A DNA stretch of 58,620 nucleotides, counting the filler, from Dugesia japonica (taxonomy: Eukaryota), in NCBI GenBank assembly GCA_001938525.1. It is 5 parts of 5 records of this genome, joined end to end, with 100 filler letters (N's around TTAATTAATTAA, not from the genome) between each part and the next. Parts side by side here need not be neighbours in the genome. Positions count along the whole stretch, not along the records: positions 33,123 to 49,485 come from MQRL01581765.1; 4 more parts are not named here. One strand, 5' to 3'. Each line of letters begins with the position of its first letter. The first letter of the stretch is position 1. The position numbers and the translations under genes were made by a program. Shown here piece by piece: positions 36,088-48,790 of this stretch. The notes under the pieces are model-generated. The model saw only the letters and a list, made by a program, of their open reading frames with translations, was not told where the DNA came from and made no database searches.

Positions 36088-37281
36088 TTGAATTTGATTT
36101 TGAAGCGTTCAAAAAGAAAGAAGAATTTCAAAGAAGAATCAATTGTTATTGAATTAAGAGTCTTGTTTTATGTGATTTAAATGAAGAAGAAAACAAATAA
36201 AACTGACATGGCGACTAACTAACATTTTGCGGTTGAATTAAAGATTATATGTCTGAAAATCCAATTGATAACCAATTAGTAGTAATTAAAAAAGAAAAAT
36301 CAACCGATTTGATTTTATACACAGAACAAGAAATAAATGAAAATAATAATATTGAAAATACTAACAAGAGGAAAAGAAAAACATTCAGATGTGATTTATC
36401 AGGTTTAGATAAGTTAGAAGCAATAAAACGGTATGAAAATGGTGAAACAATAAAACAAATTAGTTTTGATTTAAAAGTAACTCCAGCATTTATTTCCAAT
36501 TGGTGTCATAATAAAGAAAAATTAGAAAAAATTGTTGTCCGAATTTTCCGAAAATTTAATTCATGAAAATAAAGAAATAAATAAAACAAATAAAGCTAAC
36601 ATGGCTACCAGCGTATCAATGGATCTGCTTAACGAAGCAATATAAATAAGCAAACAAGTTGCCAGAATGTTCAAGAACCTGAAAGACGAAAAAGGGAAAA
36701 CAGAAAACAGAATCATTGTACGAACGATCGAGATGACAATATGCATCAAAAGTCAAGATATGTTAATAAAGTATATGATTAAAAAGACGATCTATGAAAA
36801 TGTGATAAAATATACTATTTCGATGAGAAGACGAACAAGTTTTATGAAGAACAAGAAGAAGATGAAACTTTGAACAAAAAAAAAATTGTCGAAATATTGA
36901 AGACGTTGAAAAAATTAAAAATTTCTAAAAGGGGGAATGTTAGATAATTTTAAAAATTTGCAAATATTTTTAAAAGTTAATGCAATGTTATTAGTTTAAA
37001 TTTTTTAATGTAAACAATTAGTAAAAAATTTTAATAATTCAAACTTATTGCTTTATTTTTTAAATTACTGTAAATTCAAAGTTTTAGATTTAAAAAATTT
37101 AATAAATTTGTTTAAATTTATTATTTATTCAAAAATATAAATTCGGAAAAGCAAGTTTTGAATGAAGAAGAAGAATTAATTGTAATTGAAATAAAGTATT
37201 GAATTAAAAGTCTTGTTTTAGTTGTCTTGTTTTTAGTCTAATTTTAGTTTAATTTAAATTTACAAAATAAATCTATTGACA
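36088..37281 (+). mobile_element. Small non-autonomous LTR element (truncated 5' LTR, PBS, HTH ORF, PPT, 3' LTR)
   Basis: The 5' LTR remnant ends TGACA at 36208, followed by PBS-like TGGCGAC. PPT AAAAGGGGGAA is at 36927-36937. The 3' LTR runs TGTTAG...TGACA (36938-37281). Both LTRs share GAAGAATYAATTGTWATTGAA and ATTGAATTAARAGTCTTGTTTTA. Confidence 0.65.
36249..36566 (+). CDS. psq/CENP-B N-terminal-type helix-turn-helix protein (continues frameshifted, acidic tail)
   Basis: Reads KRKRKTFRCDLSGLDKLEAIKRYENGETIKQISFDLKVTPAFISNWCHNKEKL. Confidence 0.7.
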   Translation: MSENPIDNQLVVIKKEKSTDLILYTEQEINENNNIENTNKRKRKTFRCDLSGLDKLEAIKRYENGETIKQISFDLKVTPAFISNWCHNKEKLEKIVVRIFRKFNS

Positions 37282-37534
37282 ACAATAAAAACATACAAAT
37301 TGAAATTACAAGACTAATTAATTACACATACTATTTTTTAATAGTACATATTTTTCTAAACATAATTAGGTTAGATTACATTAATAGTATAAACGTTCAT
37401 TAAATTATTTTAATAAATTAAATAATTTACTTAAATTCGTTATTTCCATCTAACACTGTGATAAAATACTACAAAACTATTATTTACTTGTTTAGTGCAT
37501 CATATAATATTTCAGTATCTACTGGTTATTAGTA

Positions 37535-37690
37535 TTAGCACTCACTTAACTGGATCAATGAAATAAATAATTTGGCCGCTTTGAACAATCGACCGACGTC
37601 CCTTAAGAATCTGTCAAGATTGTCGCCTAACTTGAAAAGTCTCGGGTGTAACAAATCTGTTACTAAGTTTGAGCCTGACGTGGTTGCCAT
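37535..37690 (-). pseudogene. Gypsy PBS and gag N-terminus fragment
   Basis: PBS-like TGGCAACCACG at 37689-37679, followed by LLHPRLFKLGDNLDRFLRDVGRLF. Confidence 0.55.
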
Positions 37691-40600
37691 ATCAGCAAGA
37701 AAAACGCTATCTTCATCAAACATTTATTTATGACAAAGTTTCTATAAATTGAAAAACCGAATTAGAAAAGTTTTAATGTTCAAACAAATATACGCAATAA
37801 TTATTTTAATTATTTTCTTGGAATATTTTATATTTCAAAAACTTTATAAATATTTCAATTGCGCATATAAATTTGAAATCAAACAATTCCAGTATCATTC
37901 TCACATCCCCTTCTTTCTAAATCTTCTGATCTTTTCAACATTTCTTTCGATTGTCCGACCCATATCAGTTCGAATCAGATATCTTCGGGCATGTATCTTT
38001 TTACTACTAAGAATGGACCTATAAAGCGATCCTGATCCTTATTTCTTGTTTCCTCCTTGATAAGCACTGCATCTCCAATAGCGAATGTTTTCCTGTATGG
38101 GTACATAACCTTTGGTATATTGTCTACCTTCTTGAACTTTCATTGTCTAGGTGGAAACCATCTTTCTCTGCTAATTTTTCTACCAAACACCGTTTCTACC
38201 GGGCTTTTACCTGTTGTTTTCTGAACTGTCGTATTCATCGCAAATTCAATCTCTNGTTGAATTTCTGCCCAATTCTTTGCGTTTCTATCTGCTATTGATG
38301 CTCCAATTCAGACTCTGATAGTCCGCAATAACCTTTCTACCTGTCCATTCGTATTATTGTAATAAAGACTTGAGAAACATAGCTTAATATTCATCTCATC
38401 GGCAAATTTCTTCATTTCTTGTGATTAAAATACCTTACCACAATCTGTATGGATTTATCTCGGAGCTCCAACCTCTAATATCCAGTTATCTTTTAAAACA
38501 CGAGTTATTGACTCTTCATCTTGTTTTGCTGTTGCTGTCAATGATATATTTACTATTCTGATCGATAATAGCTACGATATATCTTTTTTTGGAAGTGTCT
38601 GGACATGGTCCTGCTATATCAATCTATATTCTCTGAAACAGTCTCAGCAACTCGGATTTTATAGTTTCTTCTTTAGTTTTAGTTGTTATGAGCTTCATAC
38701 GCTGACATGCTTCGCATCTGTCCACGATTTCCTTTACACTTCCCCACAACCTAGCTATGTCATAATGTTCTCTAATATATTTGGCAAAATTTTCTGTTCC
38801 TGTGTGTTTTAGCAACTGATGCATTTCTCAGATCATATCGGATTTTCTATCTGTTGGTAACTAAATCTTTCCGTTTTGTGTTAATATCTAATCAACTATC
38901 CATTGGAATCTCTCTTCATTACCATCTTTGATCTGTTCTCGCATTATTCGTATCTCTTTCTTATCTCTTTGCCATTTTGATGTCTCCGTTATTGTATTCA
39001 ATCGTCTCGTTTTTAATTTTCTCCTATAGCATCTTCGTGTGACATCATGCATTGTACACATGTGCCACATGCCTACCTTGAGAGAAAATCCGTATTGCCA
39101 TATCTGTCGCCTTTCTGATACTGTAAATCAATGTCTAATCTACTTAGGTAATTGATCCAATTTTGTAACTGTTATTGGTTTCTTTGTAGTTAACATAAAC
39201 AAAATCGCTTTATGGTCTGTTCGTAAGTGAATCTTCGCCAATATAAGTAGTGACTGGAATGGTTGCAAAAATAGAATATCGCCAGCAGCTCATTTCTTGT
39301 TATACAATACCCCAATTCGTGGCTATTCATTTTCTGTGATCCATACACTATTACTTTTTCTTGTCCATTGTTCTAAATTTGTGATAATACGGCACCAATA
39401 GTATTGTAGCTTGCATCAGTATCCAGTATGAATTCTGTTCTGACAACTGGAAACACTACAATTAATGGCTTCGTTAACACTTCTTTTATATCTCTGAATG
39501 ATTGTTCGCAGCTCTCTGTCCATATTAACTTCTTATTATTTACACTGCACAGTTTTTAAAGTTCTCTAGCTTTCTTTGTTTAATATTTTATAAATCTTAT
39601 GTAATAGCAACATATCCCCAAGAAACTCTTCAATCCTTTCACGCATTTCGTCCTTTCATATGTCTGTATTGCAACAAATTTTGCTGGATTAGTCTGAACT
39701 TCTTTATCACTTATGATGTGCCCCAAAAAATTGATCTCTTTTCTTAGCAATTAACATTTTGACGGGCTTAAACGTAGTCCTGCTTGATGTATTTTACTAA
39801 ATACTTCATTCAATGTTTTGTAATGCTCTTCCCAGTTTTCTGAATATTTTAGAATATCATCTAAATACACCGTTGTTCCCTTTGTTGTACCTAAAACCTT
39901 TTTTCAAGAGTTCCTGGAATGCCCCAGGCACCGCAGCTATGCAAAACGGCATTTTATTGAAGCAGTATTGATCTGACTTTGTTGAAAAGGCTATTTTATC
40001 TTTTGACTCATCTTCTAACTCAACTTGAGAGTAAGCATTACCTAAATCTAATTAGCTGAAGAATTTTGACCCACTTAATCTATTCAGAATAATTTTCTAT
40101 ATTTGGCATTGGAAATGCTTGTCTTTCCGTAATAGCGTTCAGCTGTCAAAAATTGAGACAGATACGAATGTCTTTCTTTTCTTTTTTCCAGATACATATT
40201 AACGAGGTGTTCCATGTTGAATTACACCTTCGGATAATTACATTTCAAAAAAATTACGTACTCCTTCGTTTATCTTATCCTCTAGGTTCATAGGTATTCT
40301 CCATGGCTTAACATTTATAGGTCCTCCTTTTGTTAAAATTTATGTTTCAACAGTTTTGTGCATCCTCTATTCCATTTATCTGCCATAAAGATATTTGAAT
40401 GTTTGTTTATCAACTCCTTTATCGTGATATTTTCCAATGTATTTATCTTACTCAAAGCTGTTTGAGATCTTTCTTCATCTGTAATAATCCTTCCAAAATG
40501 CGACTCGATATTGCAAATTTGATCTTGATTATCTTTTTCTGCTGTATCTAACCAATGCCGTTCTAATCCAAAACTGGTCTTCAACTCAATGCCGCCAATT

Positions 40601-41820
40601 ATGCTACGGATTACCTTTTCCACAACTATGAAATTAATTCATTTAGTCGTATCGCCGATCTTCACTTCCACCTCAAATCTCCATTTGGTACTTAATGAAA
40701 TGTTGTTACGGCACCGTAGTCTGTCCTTGGTTGTTAAAAACGGGATATCCTTGAACTTGTTAAACACATCCATCCCATCGCATTAATTCTTGCTACGGTA
40801 TCCAGTAGGCATTCAAACTCTATGTTTCGGATCTTTATCGCAATACTTGTTCTACCCTGCATTATATCATATCTAATCACACCTTTTCCCCATTCTTCTA
40901 CTGTAGCGATTGTTGGTTCACGGATGTTTCTCCCTTGATTACTAATATCCCTTTCTTTAAAAAATTATAAACGCGTTCTTTTACATCCTCCTCTATATTA
41001 TTGATATGACTGCTTTTACCATAGCTATCAATATTTTGGGGATCACCCATTAGATTTTGAGTTCTATAGCTCCTACCATTTCTCCTGTTAGTGGAACCTC
41101 TCCGTCTGGGTTTCTCTTTGATTTATATACTTTTGAGTCATTTTTGTTGTTACTATATCTAACGTCTTCATATCTGTCGTCCTCATATACCTTGTTTCAT
41201 CATTTTCCACTGCATTGATGTTAACATGCCTACCCAGAAAAAGAGGCTTTTTACCTCATATTTCTTATATTCTGAAGTATACTCGTTCCATCTCTTGTAT
41301 TTCATCTTTGTAAAACAGTCTTCGCTTTTATGACCTTTCTTGTTGCATTTTCCGCACTTTATCTTGTTGCACTATCTTCTTATATGCACTACATTTCCAC
41401 ATGCATAGCATGTAGGAGACTTTCTGTCTGGTCACTCCCGACTTATGTGTCCCAATTTGTGACAGTTCCAACATTTAACTTTCTCTATTCTAAACTCACT
41501 TCTAGTATTTGGCCCTTTGTAGGTTGATTCCTGCTTCCTTGTTACCATTCTTTTTGGTTCCGTGTATAATGCCTCCTTGTAGCTACGCATCACGGTTATT
41601 CATTCTGTCTTTTTCGCAATTCTTGAAACGTCTCTGATTATTTCTTTTATTTCTTACGGTTCGGAAACTTTTTTCATTAGAATCTATTTCTTTGCTTTCT
41701 TCTGTGCCCTTGCGTTCTGATATTAACGACTCTTTTGACAGATTATGGATAAGCAGTTTTTCTACATCGTGGAAGAATAAATTCTTCTAGGTCTTCAAAA
41801 AAGTCTTTTGGTCTTTTCAT
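37691..41820 (-). mobile_element. Decayed near-complete Ty3/Gypsy element (gag, PR, RT, RH, IN, PPT, start of 3' LTR)
   Basis: Zinc knuckle CYACGN at ~41400, protease ECLLDT at ~40800, RT RICLNF and VYLDD at ~39860, RH LDTDAS at ~39420, and integrase HQLLKHTG..CEAC, TDCGK and NGQVER. PPT AGAAAGAAGGGGA is followed by TG at 37905. Confidence 0.93.
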
Positions 41821-41967
41821 CAGTAGTCGTAGCATATATTATAAACCGTAAAATACGGAAATTGAATAAATCTTAATGAAATTAGTGACGAATTATTAGT
41901 CTATACTTTAATCGCGGTTCTTTACATTTTAATGAAATTGCTTATGGACTTAATACATATTTACTAA

Positions 41968-41996
41968 CATTCCCAGTGCGCTACTATCCATCTAAT
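41968..41996 (-). mobile_element. AGTAG-type element end
   Basis: The reverse complement reads ATTAG ATGG ATAGTAGCGCACTGGGAA. A second AGTAGT at 41822 coincides with the point where the Gypsy gag is cut off. Confidence 0.45.
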
Positions 41997-43371
41997 CGGT
42001 TCCCAGATTTTATAAGGTAAGGGCAAAGTAATTTAAAAAACTCATAAAGCAAGTTTCAATTTGCTGCATGAGACTAATTGGTCAATTGATTTTTGAAGTT
42101 TAGATCATAAAAAACAATGTATTTAAACGTGGTTTTAACTTTGGTTAAAAAGCATTTTATAAGCTTAAATAGACAGTGGGTTGGCCATCCTTGGTCTACT
42201 TACCAATAAACAATATTTTAGTAACAAATCACATTTGTCGATTTCGCTTTTAGTTCTTGAACTTCATCGGCAATGAAATAAATATAGCTTTGAATGAATA
42301 TTTTGTTTTATTTACTAATTTTTTTATAAATTTCAGCTACATTGCTAACAACAATTTACAGAGGCAGATCTTTGATTTTTCACGAAAAATAATTTCTCTG
42401 AACTGTATCAATCACAAACATATATTTTATTTTAACTGTAAATTATTTTTTTTGATTTAATTAATATATTTATTAATTATCTTTAATCTAATTTATCAAC
42501 TTGTAATTTTCAAAAATCAATTGCTTGGTCAATCAATAAATCAAATCATTTCGTAAAATTCAATCATAAAATAAAGTAGTCAAGTTGAAAAATATCCAAC
42601 ACAAATCAAATAATTAAAAATCAAGTGCATGTGAAATTTTAGAAGACATTATTTATTTTATAACATCTAATCAATTGTAAAATTACAATTTTCAATAGAT
42701 GGATATCTTAATAAATATAATTCGTCTAATTGATTTAACAATCAAGCGATTTTTACAGAATGAAAACTAACAAATAAACATTTACATTCATATTTTCTAA
42801 TTGTGTGTGATACAGAAGTTTCAAACATAAATATAACTGAATATTTACAAGAGATTTGTAATAATATTATTCACTTATATAAATTCAAGTGGAAATATCA
42901 TTTTGAAATCTTGATGTTTTTTGTATCTACGTCTATTTCTAATCTAGGAACGGCTGGAATGAGAAGCAAGTCAAGCCAAATAATCTCATTTTTTAATTTA
43001 GCCTGCTGATAATTATTATAAGATTTGTAAAAGAATAAAAATTGATCAGCTAATTTGTGACATGGTAATATTGAGTTAGTGAGGGTATATACAGCCCAAG
43101 GTGGTACCTAAATTTTGACGCCCCTATCTATCAAATATATTATTTTTTATATATACAAAAGGTCGAAACTATATAGATTTCGTTTTCTTTTTAAAAATAT
43201 TTTATAAAAATGTATGTAGTTATTTTCGGAAAAATTATTTAAAGCTAAAAATGAAAAAACTATAATAAATACAAATTTCATAATTAAAATTAAGTAAAAT
43301 AAAATTAAAACAAAATAAACTTTTGTACAAATACAGAAATGCAAGAAAATAATTTTAACATTATAATGCTA

Positions 43372-43850
43372 CTTCTTTTGCTTCCATGTTAGCGAAATCC
43401 TCGAATACATCGATGAAGTGTATCTTCTCTATTAGCTGGTGTCCTATAGAGAGTAGGACAAGCTACTCACATTTGATATTAAATGTTTTTTGATTAATTT
43501 TGATAAAATCCTCTCACAAGTAGCTACACTAGCAACAATGGTGAGGATTTTCCCCATGAATATAAAAATATTTAATAGTGAATTACTGAGACTATAATTT
43601 TTAATATACTGCAAACTTCCATTGCACTTATAATTGTTTTATCTTGCTTAGCAGTTACAGCAATTATTCTTGCAATATTTGTCTCTATACAAAAAATTCC
43701 TCTTGATCAATATCATTAAGGTCATTATTTACAAGCACTCACATTTTTTATAGAAAGGATTCGCCGATGTAAGGAAAGCATATTGCTCAGTAAGAAAATA
43801 GAGCTGTCGAAATCTCAAAATTATTATAACGAGGAAAAAATTTCTTGCCT
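43372..43850 (-). pseudogene. hAT transposase C-terminal dimerisation domain remnant (ZMYM1-like)
   Basis: Reads ILTIVASVATCERILSKL...LVLLSIG...IDVFEDFANMEAK. Confidence 0.75.
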
Positions 43851-45476
43851 CAACTCCAATATCTTATAATTTTACACTAGTGTTGAGCTTACACAACATA
43901 CATTACAAAACAATAATCAATCAGTCTCCAACAATCACCGAAACATAACAATAAACCCACCAAACATACACCAATTACAATCACAACGGCAAGAAATAAC
44001 ATCCTTCAACAAATTTGTAGAAAACAACCACAAATATCAATTAAAAAAACTGACATAAACATAAAAAACTCTCAATAATCATGATAACAGTGAACAATCA
44101 GAGCTAATAATTAGTAACTCTCAAATCAAATCAGAAAATCCAAAACAAACTACCAATTATATCAAATAATTATACCAAAAATATACTCAGATTATACCAA
44201 GCAGTCAAAAATACCAATTTCGCATGATCCTGTATAAAGATAACAATATTCTGGGTTTGCAAATTTTATTATAAACCTTATTGAATAACAATATTCTGTA
44301 TTTGACAATACTATTATTGAATTATGTGATTGTGTAATTTGCATGTTTGTTTTGATTATGCGACTTTTACAATTTTATATTTACTTTGTGCATGCATTCG
44401 AATGTAATATTATTNNNTTATTACTTCTGTAAAAACCTTAAATTAACGTGTTCCTATGTAATTATATAAATTGTAATATTTAAACAACCAGTAATATTAT
44501 AAACCTTTTTTAATTTAAAAATTAATAAAAATTGGCATAAAAATTTTATGAACCAAAAATATAGTTTAAAAAAACTTCTATTATTATAATTTTATTTTAT
44601 CGGTAAAAAATTCTTCGAAATAAAAAAACTAAATAAATTTTAATTTTGTCGTCAATTTTTGTTAGAAAATATTTTTCGTTTTTTATTTTTAAGAAAAGAG
44701 ATATAATACGTTTTAGTCGTTTCTCTATTTATAAGTACGAACTGGTCAGTCATTTTTGCTCACAATTTTAATGTTGATTTGTTCAACAATATAATTTCAG
44801 TCAACTATTATAGATAATTTGATTATCTAAATACAAGTCTTTGTTATTAATTGTCAATTATAATATAACTTCAAGTACGAATTTATTTTATTTGATAAGG
44901 TATTAAATATCAGTTATTTACAATTATATAACTTATATACATATGTCGTACAATACCTAAAATCATCATTACAAAATATTTCTGATCCGTTTAGGAAAAG
45001 TCATATTCCATAAGCGAAGTCAATTATTATTTTAATAATTAATCTAGCTTTAAATTAAGTCTATTTTCATCACGAGAATCCACTAAATTTATTGTTAGAG
45101 CCTTTATTCTGCTTTAATTCGTTTTTTAGTTCAAAATCGTTGTTCCATAATAATTCCCAGATCATTATCAATTTATTTTTTATATTTTATCGAATGAAGT
45201 ACCAAGTCTTCCCTGTTATAAGAAAAACGTTTATAAAGCCTTGAGTTTCAATCGCATTTTTGTATATCTAATTCTATGGTTTTAGGATAGTGTTGTTTGT
45301 GATTAATTTCCCGAAGAAATTTGGGTAATGTATAGACAGTTTTTAATTCTCTATCTAATAGTATAAATTCAAGGCTGTATCTTTCAAAATAGAACTTGTT
45401 CATATTTTAAATCACTAATAGCGTTTTACCTCCCCGCCGACTAAAATAAAATTTCACAATTTTAATCTTAATCTTA

Positions 45477-45597
45477 GCGCAATTTCAATCTTATCAATAC
45501 GAATTTGGTATCAATATCTGCGGTAACTGAAGCCTGCACGTCTTCAGTTTCCGCATATATTGATACCAAATTCATATTGATAAGATTAAAATTGCGC
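45477..45597. repeat. Hairpin with 56-bp arms and a 9-nt loop
   Basis: The arms at 45477-45532 and 45542-45597 are complementary with 4 mismatches. Confidence 0.9.
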
Positions 45598-46064
45598 GCG
45601 CTGCTACCGAAAACCAGACAAATAAATGAAAAATGATTGGGTAATTGATTAAATAATCAAAGTAATGTTGGAGCTTTACCCTTTGTGGGTTGATGACTTA
45701 TGTGATTAAATCTAGAGGGGTCAAACTTTATATGAAATTTAGTCTAGGGTCATTGATCTGGTAAAATCCCGCGATGAATTTGAATCTGGTATCCTCAAAA
45801 AATCCAGATCTTCGGAATGAAGCCGCTGACTCGTAACCCGAGTACAGACTCGCACTCCTTTGATTCGGGTCCGTTTACATGATACTCGCTTAATTTTCTA
45901 ATGAAAATTAGCTTTTACAGTTATCCGCTAATAATTTTCCGTTACCATATAATTAATTATAATCTTGATAGCTATTTAACAATTCCGAAAAACAAAAGAA
46001 TTTGTAAGTGAAAAATATATTATGATTTAAATTTCATTGGAGATACCACAATTTAATAGTTAAC

Positions 46065-47271
46065 ATAATTAACAAAACTAACGTAACCTGGATCCCGATC
46101 TGGAGCAAGCACACATTTCGATTGCGGATTTTTTAGATTGCAACCAACAATTTGAGGAGTCCATCATTATTGTTTCTTCTCGAGTCGGAAATCGCTTTAT
46201 CATGAATTGATAAAAAATAATTACCTTTGTAAAACTTAAATTTTTTCCGATTAACTCAATATTTTTCTGGTTAAAAGTGTTATATTTTGTGAAATTTTCA
46301 TCGGTATTTATACCGCTTTTTTCTACACCCCCGTTTATTCTATTGGTGAATATAAATTTTCGACACTTTTAGTGGCCAGATGGTCACATGCTTTCTTTTC
46401 ATTGGCGGTTATTTTTGGACTTCGAAACTATTGNNNNNNNNNNNNNNNNNNNNNNNNNNNNNNNNNNNNNNNNNNNNNNNNNNNNNNNNNNNNNNNNNNN
46501 NNNNNNNNNNNNNNNNNNNNNNNNNNNNNNNNNNNNNNNNNNNNNNNNNNNNNNNNNNNNNNNNNNNNNNNNNNNNNNNNNNNNNNNNNNNNNNNNNNNN
46601 NNNNNNNNNNNNNNNNNNNNNNNNNNNNNNNNNNNNNNNNNNNNNNNNNNNNNNNNNATTATTTATTTTATTTTCGTTGTTCATTTTAATTAAGTGCTCA
46701 TTTCTTTGTTCTTTCTGATTTATTTAATTTACTTTCATTGTTTTTCTTCTATCAATTAATCAATTTAATTAATTCTTTCTTTCTTCTAGTATGATTCGGT
46801 GTGATGTTCTTGATTTTGCCTAATGAATTGATGGTTAATCATTAGTTTTTTGTCGTCCTGTCACAGCTTCTATTACTTTTCTTCTTTGGTTTACTTATTT
46901 CTGAATTGTTTCTTGCTGTGATTTCGGTTATTTCTTTGGTTTTGATTACCAATCTTGATTTTCCTTTTCATTATTTCCTTCTTTTCAATTAATGAATCAG
47001 TTCCTTGGCAATCGTTTATTATTTTCTTTGTTTGGAGTACCGCTTTTTTACTTTGTTGTTTTTTATTTCCTCGTTATCTCTTGTTGTAATTCTAGTTCTT
47101 TCAAGAGTTTTAGTCTTCTAGTCCCATTTTGGCTTTCGTCATTCTTCTCTCCAACTAGATTATGCCCTTCTTGGGTCTGATTTCTTCATTTTCTTTTCTT
47201 ATATAGATTTTTCGAATTTCGTGCTTACTTACGCCCTTCTATTTGCCTTAATCCGGTGTTTCACCCCAACA
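46065..47271 (-). mobile_element. LTR-like dispersed repeat, copy B
   Basis: Homologous to 2225-3258. The minus strand starts TGTTGGGGTGAAACACC, and CCAAT boxes are present. Confidence 0.6.
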
Positions 47272-47978
47272 GTAATAAGATTTTTAATGAGATTTTATTA
47301 TAGAACAAAGCATTTGGTGATATGTTTAAGAGACAAACCTATTTTACATTTTAATTTCAAATATTTGATTGTTAACAAAAATTTAATTGTTAAAAATTTA
47401 ATTGTCTTTAGACGAGGCAATTTAAAAGTAGAAACATTTATTTCAAAGGCCGAATATATTGTAGATAATACTTTTACACATAAAGAACTGAAAAAACAGG
47501 GCCTAGTTGCAAACATATTCGTAAGCGCTTCTGGAAATGTTAAATTACATGAAAAAGTTACACTGCGAAAATTAAACACGGTGGAAGAAATTAAGTAGAG
47601 GAAAAACAAGAACGTATCAATGTTTTGAGAAGCCATTCTAAATGTAAAAATCTCAATTCAAAGTTTTTAATAGAAAAAAAATTTTTAAAATCTTAATTTT
47701 TATATTTATTTTGATTTCAAAATTTCAAAGAAAAATTAATGGTTATTTTTTAAATAAATAAAGTTAATTATCTTGAAAATAAGCGAAAATTCAAATTTTT
47801 AATAATTTAAAATAGTTTATAATATTCCTTAAATATTACTAAATACTATTTAATAAATAATTTTGAATAAATATTAATAAGTTTTATTATTGTGATTTTA
47901 TGTATTCATTATTCTTTAAAAAAATATTTTCAAATGAAATTCTTTAATCATTGAAAGCAGTTTTTTTAAATTTTTATT

Positions 47979-48790
47979 ATGCGTGAATATTTATATAAAT
48001 TTCGACGATTTTTTATTGTATTCGGAAGTATTTTAATACAATTATCGCTCGGACATTATTATTCATTCGGTAGGAATGGTTTATTTTGTAAAATTTATAT
48101 AATGATACAAAAGGAAACATTCAGAATAAAGTTCTTGACTTTATGTTTCATTGTGGTAATAATTGTGTAAATTATAATGGACATTGGGTTTTTGGGTCAA
48201 TAGTATTGGGATTAGGTTCTTCAATGACTTTAGGTGGTTATATAGAAATGAAAATTGGTCCTTCATTAACTGTTCTCTTTAGTGGATGGTTATTAAGGTA
48301 CAATTTTCTAGGAATTGTTTTATGTGTTCAAATTTGTATTTTTAGTTTGATGATTTCATTAATGTATTTTACTCTTTCTTCCAATCACATTAGTTATGTT
48401 ATTGTTACTTATGGCCTCATAGGAGGAATGGCGACTGGAATAGCATATGGTGTGTCGTTATCTGTTTCACTTAAAGTGTGTTTTAATTATATTTTTATTG
48501 ATGAATTTTTTAAACTGATCTATGAAAATTATTTCTTTTGTTGGTTTTTTTTATTTTTGATAGCGGGTCTTTTCGGTAATTTCGAGATTCTTTCAATAAT
48601 AAAATTGATGGAGAAATTGTTTTAATAGATCAGAAAATTTATTTTTCAATTGAAATAAAACAATATTCTAATTTTTCTGTTATTTTTCAAAGAATTTTCC
48701 AAAAAACAAAGGATTGATAATTGGAATCACAGTTTCTGGTTTTGGACTCTCCGCATCTATATTTGAGCCGATACAAGGTGCATTGATGGA
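47979..48790 (+). CDS. MFS transporter, oxalate:formate antiporter (OFA)/monocarboxylate-like, 5' exons
   Basis: Exons IVFGSILIQLSLGHYYSFG|N...GGYIEMKIGP...|TYGLIGGMATGIAYGVSL..|NFPKNKGLIIGITVSGFGLSASIF are joined by GT-AG introns. The 3' half is not on this scaffold. Confidence 0.85.

Noticed and set aside
44700-45450. Possible gag remnant downstream of LTR-like copy B (also coding-like decay at 14150-14630 and 1500-2050)
   Set aside because: Only weak fragments such as LKDTALNLY are visible, with no diagnostic motif.
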